Assembly: GCF_964204645.1 (NCBI RefSeq)
Contig: NC_134025.1
Location: 2,728,001-2,792,000, forward strand
DNA: 64,000 bases
Direction of reading: 5' to 3'
Origin: Tubulanus polymorphus
Taxonomy: Eukaryota > Animalia > Nemertea
Shown: piece after piece, positions 12,466 through 27,261 of the stretch
Layout of the letters: the number at the start of each line of letters is the position of its first letter
Numbering within the stretch: the first letter of the stretch is position 1
Program-made: the position numbers and the translations under genes
The notes under the pieces: generated by a model
Databases searched by the model: none
What the model saw: only the letters and a program-made list of their open reading frames with translations
Told to the model about the DNA's origin: nothing

Positions 12466-14982
12466 GGTTACTTGTGAAAAGGAGTGCTGATAAAATTACT
12501 TGTGTCTGGTGTTAGTAGTCTTGAGGTTTGGAATATTGGAAGAAGGGGGATAGAATATTGGATATCAGGGGTGGATTTAGGCGGCAGACTCATATCTACA
12601 TTAGTAGCAATAAGTAACATTTTGACATGTTTGTCGGGGTTAATTAGCCTCCACATCTATGAAATCGCCCCAGTTGCCCATGAAAATGTCAGTTTATGCA
12701 TACGGTATATGGTAACTAACTCTAGTACATTTGCATATGGTAATCCAGTCTTGTAAATAATCATTACATGACAGATTACATTTAACATGTAAACCATATC
12801 TGATAATGAAATATTTATTACAGTATATACATGTAGATCAATTCATAAGTCCCAATGCAGTAAGCGCATGCAATCATTTTTGACAAAATGCTCAAATTTT
12901 CTATGATTATGTGTATTGCGCTTTTGGCTTCTAAAATTCAACTCTTAACAATTGATAAATGGTCAAATACCGGATACATCGTTATGTTTATACGATTTGA
13001 AAAACTGCACAAAATTAAACATCATTTGTATAGGAAATAGCTCCCTGAACGATAGGCTGTACACTAAACAATTGCAACTACCCCATCCCATATAATAATC
13101 CCCTCCCATATTGACATTAGCAAGGCAAATTTTCACTTCGTGCAATTGCAAATTGCCACAGTAACTAAATAAAAGGCTGTTTAATTTGCTAATGAAAAAG
13201 TTAAGCCAGAATAACCGACACATTTCCATTCCGTAAAATGGAAATCATAACCCTTGATCACATTAGTTTATTTTATCAATTCATTATGGTATAGATTTGT
13301 CCTGAGCGCTAATGTCAATATGAGGGCAGCAGTGGGCAAGAAACAACATAATATGTGGCGGGCAACTCCTTGCTAATAGTGAGACCTGCATAGATGAGGC
13401 AACTGCCAACTAATATTGAGCTGCTGATTTTATTTGATATATCAACGAATTGGTTGATTACAATTAATCTGATTACAGTTCGATTCATTAAAAATCAGAA
13501 AGGTATCATTATATTAGCGATTCAATTATTGTTTTGTGGAACTGGTCTTCCAGGAGGCATTGAGATATGATGATACAGAGACCAATTAGATAAACACTGT
13601 GTATCATTAAAGTTTGCCATGGCAACGATGATAAATCTCAGAAAAAAATTCAAATGCTTTACGTGTATAAAATAGGCTTTTTGAGCAGAGTAGGTAACTA
13701 CTTCATATTCTTATTTCGAATGAGACTTAACCATTCCAAACAATAAGTAAGAATTTCATAAATAGCAAGATTGCAGGAATATGATGCCAGTCTTAATATC
13801 CTAAATAATTCATCGCAGCTTGGCTGATATACGAGACTTGTTTAATACCATCATGCGGATCATGCGAAGAAAAAGACCAAACGAAAATGAGAAAGACAAC
13901 ATAAGATTTCATCATCAGGAATATCTTTTATATTCTTTACAATATTTTACATCCTGGATCTAGTGCTATTGAATTAGACATATATACAATACTGGTCACA
14001 TCTGGCAATTGCTTATTCTAAAATACATGTATCTATAACATACGACAGTTTCTCAGAAATGTAATTTAACCAGAAATTGAACAACGCATGCGACATTCAT
14101 GGTTTATTAATAGTTACATAGAAAATGAAGTAATTGCAGCAGTAACTAGAATTTTACTGTTAATCTTTATCGAAGGAAGTGATAAACTGTTTGAACGTTT
14201 TCGACGAAGCCCGATATATTTTTGGTGGTAGAGAAACAGTAAAGCTTGCATGAAACTGACTATAACCGAATAGAGCGCTTTCTATATCTTCTTCAACTAA
14301 TCTTTGGTATTTCATTAACTGGGAAAAAATCTCATAAATAATTATTATGCAGATTTCTGCTAGATATCATTAAGTAAGATAATTGTCTTTTTTTTATAGT
14401 TTATTGCACTCTGATGAAGGTAATCTTTAGTGATATGTAACTATTAGTTTATTCAATGGGTATCTTCGATGAAATAAATGTACACATATGTCTATAAATA
14501 GATGATAGATATACTATATTAATTATCTATATAATAAGTTGTTTTTTTTACAAATAAGTGCAAATATCTCTTTTGTGTTTCTGTGTTTAGTAAGGTATAA
14601 AAATTTTGATAATATTAAATAACAAAGAAAATACGTTTATTCGATATAAGTATCTCTATCAGTGGAAAGGTTTGAACTAGTGAAAAAATGTGGAGATGTC
14701 AAATCACACATTTCATTTAATAACCAAACTTCACATTCGTAAAGGTAGAATTTGAATATTCTTTAGACAAATCTAAAATATAAATCATAATCAGTGAATA
14801 TAGCTCTAAACTATTTCTAATGACAATGAGTATATTTGAAAATAACAATTTTTTATCAAGGAAAGAATCCATTAGAATCATACTAATAGATGTAGAATTA
14901 TAGGTGAATATAAAGTATACTTTATTCATTTGATTATTCATTACTGAATTTAGTAAAATCATATTCACATATTATCATTCAA

Positions 14983-15133
14983 GGGGCCATTCCTTAAGTA
15001 CCGCATGAATGATAAATTAATCGGATTTTCAAAACTCTGGTACGCAATTATAAGCTTATGATTATGTTAAGGGAGAATTGACCAATTTTTACACCCCCTT
15101 CCCACGGATACGTACATACTTTATGAATGGCCC
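14983..15133. mobile_element. Small MITE, same family as 3975-4101
   Basis: GGGGCCATTCCTTAAGTA ... TACTTTATGAATGGCCC inverted termini. Confidence 0.55.
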
Positions 15134-15804
15134 TATGAATGGTCTAATATCATCAATTTACAGCACATCATCGTTTTTGCATGAAAACCCATCAACAAGA
15201 CAATGCTTCGTCATTCAATTACCGCAAAAGCCAAACCTCACGCAAATACTTCAGCCCTGCATTCGAAAACCTCGTACGATGAAAGAAACGAAAATTTCTC
15301 CATGGTTACAATCAGGCTACGAAGTATGAAACAGCTTGCAACTTCTTTCACACAGGTTTATATCATTACATACAATGAACAACCAATTACGCTTTTCCAT
15401 CGAAGCAAAAACAATCATCATACGTTATTTATATATGATACATTTACATGAATTCAGTTTTTGTTTAAACTACGGATTACATACATGCGTCATAAATGAG
15501 ACTTTGTGCTTTTGATGTTTTTTTTTTTTGTGGTCATACTTTAAAAGTCTCAACAACATCAAACATAATGATACTACCGTAGATATAAATACACAGTTTA
15601 TGCTCTGAATGCAGATTTATCAGTATTTAATCACGTCTTACTGAGGTACAAAAAATTGCTTCCGTTTCCCAGCATCTGGGAATAATGCGCAAGACATTAG
15701 TTTCCCACACTTTGAGTGAGTACCGCTATCAGAGAAAAGTGCAATTCTAAAACTTCATTATTCGTCATCCGCTATTGTTTTATAGTCTCTGCGTTCATTC
15801 AATT

Positions 15805-18585
<2,781 letters not shown>

Positions 18586-19164
18586 TTTCGATGTGAATCG
18601 TATTAAATTCGACGCATTGATGAAAATTGTCTTAAAGATTCACGAATCGAGAAAAATGCAAAATGTCAAAACATTTACTTCCTGGTTCTTTACGGGCAAT
18701 GGCGTCAAATCACGCTTTAATTCGCGTATCCGCGAGAATCTGCGATACTTCCTTCACTGATCGGACTCGAATCCCGATTTTTTCCTAATAGGCGACTCTG
18801 GCAAGTGAGCTATTACGTCAACAGTGCGCGCATAAATTCTAGTAAACATTTGGAGCTACTTCTGGAATCCAGGATACGTAAAAATGAAAAGGCTTTACTC
18901 AACGTTGAAAAATAAATAAACTCGCGCAATTTGCTTATAAGAAATCATATGTAATCAATTATCTCATCTGAAGGTATTTCTAATGTAGAAATTCGAGTTT
19001 GATGCGAGGACTATATGCGAGTGAATGAATATGAGACATTGTGATTGGGCCAGACCAAAACATTAGCCATTTACAGTAATTTCGTATTTCGCAATTTATC
19101 CGAAAAAAGTGAAATTTTGACGATTTTTCGAACGCGTGTTACTTGATTAATTGTAATCGTCATC
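18586..19164. promoter_or_regulatory. Bidirectional promoter region shared by Rab4 (-) and NBR1 (+)
   Basis: The two ATGs are 579 bp apart, head-to-head. The interval is relatively CpG-rich and has an ETS-like ACTTCCTG (18677), CRE/ATF-like TTACGTCA (18813), NRF1-like TGCGCGCA (18825) and inverted CCAAT (19044). Confidence 0.65.
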
Positions 19165-22100
19165 ATGGACGGGTGCGCGGTAACTGTCAATGTAGAATTC
19201 ACTGGTGAAGTTACAGTTCAAGGCTTACCAAGTATGTTATGTATGAACTCTGATGTCACTTGGCAGGATTTCGAGATATTGGTAAGTCATCTACCTATTT
19301 ACTCTATCTATTTCAATAATTAGTATCTACTAAATATCTAAGTTTTAGTAGACGAAAGGGAAGTAAATACGTAATAGAAAACAGTGTCATTTGAAATAAC
19401 TAATTTCAGTACCAGATTCAATTTGTTTTCGACAAACAAAAGGGAAACTTCTCTGACTATGGCGGTATTGTTGACACCATCCCTTGGTTTTAAATTCTTC
19501 TTTTTAATTTTTCTTGAATATGAAAGGTTGCGAAAAGTTATGATTGTGAAAAAATTTTAGTGAAATACTACGATGAGGAAAATGATATCGTCACTATAAG
19601 TACTGATGAGGAATTGAAAGAAGCGATGAAGGTGAGTTTCTCCTTTAAGGCTGTCGTAATTGTCCAATGATGATCTCGGATAGAGTTAAGTCTGTATTCA
19701 TTATATTCTAGTTTGCCGTGAAAAATGGAAATTCACTTGTGATACGTGTGACTCCGGTGAAGGAAAATGACGAAAGCGAAAAGATCAGTGAAGAGCAAGT
19801 AGAGATTGATTTTTCGCCCTCAGAGAAAAGGTTTGTTTATGTTTAGCATTTAGCTTTAGGGTGTCTAACCTTTTACAGCATGTATTAACCTTTTTCTTAT
19901 CAGATATTGATTTTGTATTTGTTTTAATTTCCTAAGGCCTCTAGGTTATCATTGGTTTTTTTAATCATATTTCATACTTGTCTTATGATAAAGTATCATG
20001 TGTTAAAAATACCTTTCTGACTCACTGCCAACATTGAACTAACAGTCTTATGTTATTGACTGGTTTGTTTGTTGTAATAAGGTATTACTCATTCTGACTG
20101 AAATTTCTAATATATCACGATGTCTAATATTTATCCTTAGGTTAATACTGAATCCTTTATTAAAACATTGTCTCCTGGCACCAATTGTAAAGAATGATTT
20201 ATTTGTATTCTGATAATTCATGATATTTTCACAGTCAAGTTAATGCGATGGAACAAGAAGAAACTGGTGAACGAACATGTGGAAATATAATTACCCAGAT
20301 TACTGAGAGTAATGGTGACAGAAGCTCTTCATCAGAGGTAAATTTTATAAACATTAGTTATTAATCAGAGTAGTCTGAAATTAGCAGCAATCAACGATTG
20401 ACTGTGGACATCGAGGATCCTCCACCAGATGTACTTGTGTGTATGCAAAAAAATGTCATCGCATTTCTTCAATCTTAGATCCAATGAACGTCTATCTGTA
20501 TATTCCTCAAATTCTATGAATGTTTCATTTTCTTTGAGCTCTAAAGATAAATTTTTAAAGAGTTAAGATATACGAATTGCCTAATGTTTTAAACACATTA
20601 AAGAAATTTACTTTTGAATCCATTATTATATTATTATTACTATTAATTCTGCGGGAAAACTCTATTTATTTGTACTCGACTTATTTCATTTAAAGTGACT
20701 TATAAAGCCTAGCGCACATCGACACTGCGATTGGAGACAACTAGTTGCAAGGCAGTTTTCGGCGCATGAGAGGAACTGGCTGGATACGATCAGTTGCTCG
20801 AATGTGTCGATGTGAGCGAGCTTACGATTGGTAAGCGTCGATCTATCTCCAGTTCCAGCCAGTTGCCCATGTTCTACTTTTGAGCAACTGGTTGTACTCA
20901 ATCGCAGTCATATTCGTCGATGTGCGCGCTCTGGATCTCGACGATCGACACGCGCCATGCAGTTGCTGCAACTGACCGGTTGTAACTAGATTTCGATGTG
21001 CGCGGGGTAATCGTTCGGTAGCAACTAGTTGTCTCCAATCGCAGTGTCGATGTGCGCTAGGCTTAAGTCTGAAGTAGGGCAGGGTGCTATTTCTATAACT
21101 CATGTTTATAATTCTATGGGTTTAGACAAAATGTAATATCCACTAGAATGAATACATGTATTCAAATAATTTGATTCTGCAGGTTTATTTCCAAGATATT
21201 GTAATGCCGAAAAAGAAAAGTCGATCATATCATTCTCGTATGATGCGTGATTGTCATTTGTATCCGAGAACGAAATCATCGCATAAAACGCATACTTCAC
21301 ACTCGCCGTTTAACAAAACGGTTCTGTGTGACTCGGAGTCCGGTGAGAAAGCACCCGACATGGAACCTAAACCACCTGTTTGGTTTGTACGATACATGGA
21401 AAAAGTAAGTTGAATTGATATTTAAATCATATACAAAACGAAATTGTTTTCAGATTTCCTATCTCCTCCAATCCTTAACCCTTTCAGTGCTGACTAGTTA
21501 ATACCCTAAAGTGCTAGAGATAATTTCAAATTTAAAAAAATTTCCACCCTAGTGTGTTGAATAACAGGAATACCACTATAGTGCGTCTACACCGCAGCGA
21601 GGTGTATCATTAGTTACTAGTATTTCACTATGTTTGACAGATGCTGCCTTTTTTCAAGAGAGATAATTACTAATCACATCAATACACCGCAATGCGGTGT
21701 ACTCGCAAAATCTATCACTGATTATACACTGCGGTGTAGACGCACTGAAAGGGTTAACTGGACTTAACTGTGCTGGTCCCAGTTGGTCCTACTTAGGCGA
21801 TGTTTCCTGTGTATGATCTGGCAACTGTAGTAATTATGATTTCAGTTTAAAGAGCAACTGTCTCAAGACGTCTCATCGAAAGTGACTCGACGAGCTGTTC
21901 GTCAGATTCTGAAAGGTTTAGAGGGCGCTGTCGTCCACACCGTGGCCGGTAATAAACGTAGCGTTGAAGAACCGACTAGCACGGAGTCGATATCGACAGA
22001 ACAACGTAGGTCGATGGGGAAAATCTGTGAGAAATTCACCGAAACAACATATTTGTTTACTTTCTCCTTTGCATATCAAATCAACAACCCTTAACCTTCA

Positions 22101-25100
22101 GTCTCTAGTCAATTGATTTTATCTGCTGGTTGGTCAGTGAGTCATTTATTATTGTCTGCTGTATCTTAAGTCTAAAGATAAATGACAAAATAAATATAAT
22201 ATAATTATATGATATAATTTGAAAGTGGTTAGGTTTACTTATATTCTAAATTAGGATACATGTGCGGTAAACCTTACTGTTCACATTTTAGATCTCAAAT
22301 TTAGACAATTTTAACTAGCCTATATATTCTTATTTAGGTTGTTTATGGCAATAGATTATGATGATTATATCGGTTATTTTTCAGCGATGTACTGTCATAC
22401 TGGAATCGTGTGCGATTGTTGTGAACAAACTATTGTTGGTGTTCGTTATAAGTGTGGGTACGTATTCATCTTTATCAATCGTATGATCTTAGTTGAAATT
22501 AGTCCATTCTCCGAACTGTAGAACTGGTTACGATATTGTTCCGTAATCTAGAGTCATCGCATCGACATAATGTTGGGGTGTTTGATTGTTTTACAACTCA
22601 CTCTATTTTGTTTGTAGGAATTGTGATGATTATGATCTATGCTCTCAGTGTGAATCAATCGATGATGTTCACGATCCTGAACACATATTCTTGAAGATTA
22701 AACGTCCGGCTTTGATGGTCGGTCGTAAGAAGGGACGCATGGTTTCGATTTTGAAGAAATCTCTATACGCCGGTGATGATGACGCCGAGGAGGACGGTGA
22801 AAAAGAAAAGCTAAAGGAGGCCAAGAAATTGGAAAGGTATTCATCGTGTTGTTATTCGTCAGACGAGTTTTGAAGAGCGATTTGTTATTATTCCGATTCG
22901 TTATTTTTTCGAAGGATGCAAAAGAGGGAAGCCAAGCGTAAAGTGAAGAAAGAAGAGAAACTGAAGCGAAGTTGGGACGGTCAGAAAGAGAAGCCACGGA
23001 AAAAGGAAAAGCTTGAAAAACCGATTCAAGAAAAAAGGTAACGAATTGTTATCGGATAGCATTGTTTATAAACTCGATGTATGTGACTGTACTGAGTAAG
23101 TATTGTATTACAGTTTGGATCTGGACGCTAAATTCGTTAGAGATGAAACATTCCCCGATGGCACGCAGCTTCCGCCTGGCACACGGTTCCTGAAGAAATG
23201 GCTCATGAGAAATACTGGGAACATCGCGTGGGACGAGACAGTGAAGGTAAACCATTAATTTCATGCTATATGACTATATGTTTAAGAGAACGATAACTAC
23301 ACTCAAACGTGGTGAACGGATAATAAGATAAAAACCCACTATCTACAGATTAAAAGAATTTAAAAACAAGAATTTATTCATTCAATCTAAAATATATAGA
23401 ATACACGACGTTTCGATCTCACCCTAGAGATCATCGTCAGGTGTGAGATCGAAACGTCACGTATTTTTATATATATTTTAGATTGAATAAATAAATTCTT
23501 GTTTTTAAATTCTTTTAATCTGTAGATAGTGGGTTTTTATCTTATTATGTTTAAGATCCTGTGAATGAAATGCAATCCAATGAATGCATGATGCTGGTAC
23601 CTTACACAAAAATAACTGCCTTTTATCACTCATTGAAATTGTTTGATATGTATTTTAGTTGTGCGTCTTGTGGGGTACATTACCACCTGTTACTCCCGAG
23701 GTATCGGTACCCGCCCTCGAACCAGGAGAACAAGGTATCATTACCGTTGAACTCGTTGTTCCTGAACATTCTGGTAAGACTCATGATAAAACACTACAGT
23801 TGTTGTTCATTATCCATACAGAAAAATGAATGATATTTACCATTCAACTAGGAATGTACCAAAATCACTGGAGGTTACAGAGAAATGGCTTCTCTTTCGG
23901 GCATAGAATTTGGTGCAACATAACTGTCTGTGAGCGCGAATCATTGGAAGCAAATCAAGCCCATTGCCTGGAAATTGTCAAAAGTAACCAGGAGGTATTA
24001 CCGGTAATTGATTTACTCATCGTGTGAAAATCTGTTTTCATTTAACAAAACCTATGTATGACTATATGAATACTTGTTATCGCAGGAATGTAACAGTAAT
24101 CAAGAGAATGGAGAGAGTGAACCAAAACCAAACAAACAAGACGTCGCTTTGTCTCCTTGCAAAGAGCTTCTCTCGTTTGAAATGTTGGACATCAACGATT
24201 CTCCGAAAGTGAAAGTAGCGAAGGCTTCACAAACTGCAACTCCTAATAACACACCACTGGGTTAGCAATTATCTGTAGATCTATTACTCGTCTAACTATA
24301 TTCCACCGAAGGCTCTCTCTTCACATAAAGCTCAAGGTCCAAAATCAAAAGATTTCTGGCAGTGTCCTAGGAACTTCATGAGGTGGTTTCTCACTTCATT
24401 AGGTGGTTCCTAGTATACTGTGATTTTGGATGGAGACAGTAATGTGATGGGGCCAGTTACACTGCTGTGACTTAATAAATCTTAAAGCGGTCTTAAATTC
24501 TAAGACTGGTCTTTAGTAATTTGATTGGCTATAGAACTTAGATGGTCTTAGACTGGTCTTAAGTCTAAGCAATTATTTATATAGAAATGTAACTGCTATT
24601 ACAGATTTGAGTCCTCCTAAATCACCGGCTCCTGAGTTAGATATTCAACAGCTCTCAAGTTCAAGCAGTGTTGAAGTTGTGTCCGATTCGTACAAGGAAT
24701 GCGATTCAGCGACTATGTCGGCGTTAGTGCAGGAACGCATGGCTTCACTCGGACTACGACCTGGTATGTTTGTGTGTATATATAACAGTAGGATTATGTT
24801 CTATTCGCGCTGTGATTATTGATATATCGTGTTTACGTTTTAGATATAGACGTGATGTCTATAAGCAGTTGCTCGGATGATGATTCCGATACGGAAAATG
24901 ATTTCTTCATCGTCCCTCTACCGGATTGTTTTAATACATCGTTGCCTCTAGCGCGATCAGTTGGAGCTACAGGATCACAAACTAATTCCGGTAAAATTCT
25001 TTTCTTGTCATATCAAATATTAGCTGTTTGACTGTTCCTTTCATCAGGGTCCCTACAGTTTTTGATTCCTCCTGAACAGAAAATGCTTTTAAAGTTACTT

Positions 25101-26512
25101 GAAACTCCTGTATTTGAGCAAAGTGCATTTAAACTCCTTTTGAATTCCTTTTTTGAGAAATAGGCAAATATTTGTTGTTGTACTGCAGTAAACTACCCCT
25201 AAGTCAGTACAGTCGGGACCAAGTTTTGATATTTTTGCGTGTGTTTTATTTTAGTGTCCGATTCTGGTTCAGAGAAATCGATTGATGACATGTTAACAGC
25301 ATCTGGTCATCTTCCTATGATTCCCCTTCAACCCGCGTTAGTCGTTGAAACTACAGATAATAAGGATACAATATGCGAAGCATCAGGTATCAACCATTCA
25401 TCCGAGTAAAGTCCTAACATGTCACCTAGAGAATGTTTTAGGGCATAGTTGATTTATGCCTTATAAAATGTCACCATGTATTATAAAATCTAAGCATCCT
25501 AAATTCTTCTCAAGGTGTCAAATTATTTATTCATGGTTACTTTCTTGTTATTTCTAAGTGACGTCGACTGATACGGATATAACAGTGAAAACTCAGTTGT
25601 CTACCGAGTTACAGGACGATGTTATGAAACCAGCTGATCAGACAGAATGTGAAACTGGAGAACAAGGTTTGCGATAATTACCGTACCTGTCTATTTGTTG
25701 ATTGTGTTTGATTATCTAGATGGATCTATTGAACGCTAACATCTACTGAAATTTTCAGATCAGAAAATGGTTGTTGAGCATTGTGCCAATGCCGAGGCAT
25801 CAGAGGAAAAGCAATGTACGCCAAATATTCACATTGAAATTGAGAATGTCGAAGATAACGAGGTGACACCACCCCAGGGTAGTGAGGAACCTGTAGCTGA
25901 TCAAGAGACTGGGCAGGCTGAGTTGCACCAAGATAAGTAAGTCTCGAATTCCATTACTGAAATGTAGTGCCATCTGTTGCAGGATATCGGAACTATTTGT
26001 TGTAGCTCGTATTGTGTTGCGTATTTTCAGTCCTGAGTTTGCAAATATAATGTCTACAGCACTCGGTGTTGCCAGCATGGCGGCCAGTCAAGCTTTTCAT
26101 ACTGCTAAGGATGTATTCAATACCCTTCAAGGCAAAAAACCAGTACGTCTCCGCACAAAAAAACACGTTCTCATACCGTTGATGTAACTGTAGCCTGGAT
26201 AATATTTCTATCAACATTTCTATTTCATAGGGATTGACACCATCTTCGAATACTTGGCATCCAAAACAGAGTCAGTGGACCCCGTCGACCAACAAATGGC
26301 AACCACAAACGAACAAGTGGGTGCCAGCCGCGGAGACGAGGTGGACACCACCGACTAACAGCGCGAATCCCGAAGAACAGCTTATTGAGATGGGTTTCTG
26401 TAATAGAGATTTGAATCGTCGACTTCTTGATAAATATGAAAACGATGTGGAAAAAACAGTGGGGGAATTATTGCATCTGATGGACAACAACTGGCAAGAG
26501 TCGCGTCACTGA
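19165..26512 (+). CDS. NBR1: Selective autophagy receptor NBR1; exons 19165-19281, 19527-19631, 19712-19830, 20235-20337, 21183-21404, 21846-22005, 22385-22457, 22618-22836, 22915-23037, 23114-23246, 23659-23773, 23852-23994, 24086-24260, 24605-24763, 24844-24990, 25255-25386, 25559-25666, 25759-25936, 26031-26142, 26231-26512 (~974 aa)
   Basis: Domain order: PB1 (KYYDEENDIVTISTDEEL, OPCA motif), PPVWF, ZZ finger ([28 protein letters not shown]...H...H), coiled coil, FW/NBR1 domain (FVRDETFPDGT...KKWLMRNTG...W...HWRL...FGHRIWC), LLSFEMLDI, LIR region (DFFIVPLPDCF), UBA (QLIEMGFCNRDLNRRLL). Exon phases are consistent (2925 nt). Boundaries of the low-complexity exons are less certain. Confidence 0.92.
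20706..21063. mobile_element. PIF/Harbinger-like MITE in NBR1 intron
   Basis: 43-bp perfect TIRs AGCCTAGCGCACATCGACACTGCGATTGGAGACAACTAGTTGC. TAA on both sides (20703-05, 21064-66). Internal TCGATGTG repeats. Confidence 0.85.
21479..21753. mobile_element. piggyBac-like MITE in NBR1 intron
   Basis: TTAA|CCCTTTCAGTGC ... GCACTGAAAGGG|TTAA, with an internal subterminal inverted repeat GTGCGTCTACACCGCAG. Confidence 0.85.
23288..23545 (-). mobile_element. Short Penelope-like-element terminus with ~100-bp inverted arms and hammerhead ribozyme, in NBR1 intron
   Basis: 11-bp direct repeat TATGTTTAAGA at 23277-23287 and 23546-23556. Near-perfect inverted arms at ~23320-23422 and ~23443-23548. 32-nt tail at 23288-23319. 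Confidence 0.8.
23403..23444 (-). ncRNA. Minimal type-I hammerhead ribozyme
   Basis: Minus strand reads acac-CTGACGA-t-GATCTC-tagggt-GAGATC-GAAAC-GTC-gtgt: stem I acac/gtgt, 6-bp stem II and the canonical GUC cleavage triplet. Confidence 0.85.
25045..25223 (+). mobile_element. Truncated copy of the 26793-27261 element in NBR1 intron
   Basis: Shares CAGGGTCCCTAC, GAAAATGCTTTTAAAG, ATTTGAGCAAA and AGAAATAGGCAA in the same order. Confidence 0.6.
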
Positions 26513-26792
26513 GAAACTGATCGAATATATTCAATATTTATTATTATTATTATCGATATTCACATTGTATTCGTGGTTTAATCGATTATTTAGTCTGAAT
26601 CGGTAGTAATTACAATCAACTATCAACACTCTTATTATTTTCCTTCGTATGATTGTTTGTATATACACTGTATGTATGTATGTGTTCGCATCCAGGGAAG
26701 CTAGAAAAAATGGCTCCAAGGAGGTTGCCAACCAGCTAAATTTTGCGTACATACTTAATGAATAACAATCGCTTGTGATAAGTAACTCCACT

Positions 26793-27261
26793 CAGGGTCC
26801 CTACGACTCCTCGATTCGAATCCTTGATTCGTTAAAAACTCCTTTCAAATGGAAAATGCTTTTAAAGGTGCTTAAAACACCTTTGATTTGAGCAAAATGC
26901 ATGAAACTTCTTAAAAATTCCTTCAAATTTTAGAAATAGGCAATTAGAAATTTTTGTAGTTGTACAGTCGACTACGTCCTAATTGGTGCGGTTAGGACCA
27001 GGATTTGACTTAAACTAATAAGGAGGTTACCGAATTATATACCGAGTTTAGTGAGTGTATAGGATACAAATTTGATTACAAAACCACCAAATTAATGGTT
27101 TACCAAGATAAACAGTACTGAATTAGGAGGCTGATCTGGGACGTAAACAGTAATTGGGATATGAAAGTTATGCCAACACTTCCTTGAAATTTGAAATGTT
27201 CTCATCTAAAACTCCATGAAAACTCCTTATATCCAGGAATGACTGATCTGTAGGGACCCTG
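26793..27261. mobile_element. Non-autonomous DNA transposon (CAGGGTCCCTAC TIRs) just 3' of the NBR1 stop
   Basis: 12-bp TIRs CAGGGTCCCTAC and GTAGGGACCCTG. No clear TSD. A homologous truncated copy lies at 25045-25223. Confidence 0.7.

Noticed and set aside
19602-19620. CTGATGAGGAATTGAAA resembling a hammerhead core
   Set aside because: There is no stem II or stem I pairing, and it encodes TDEELK of the NBR1 PB1 domain.
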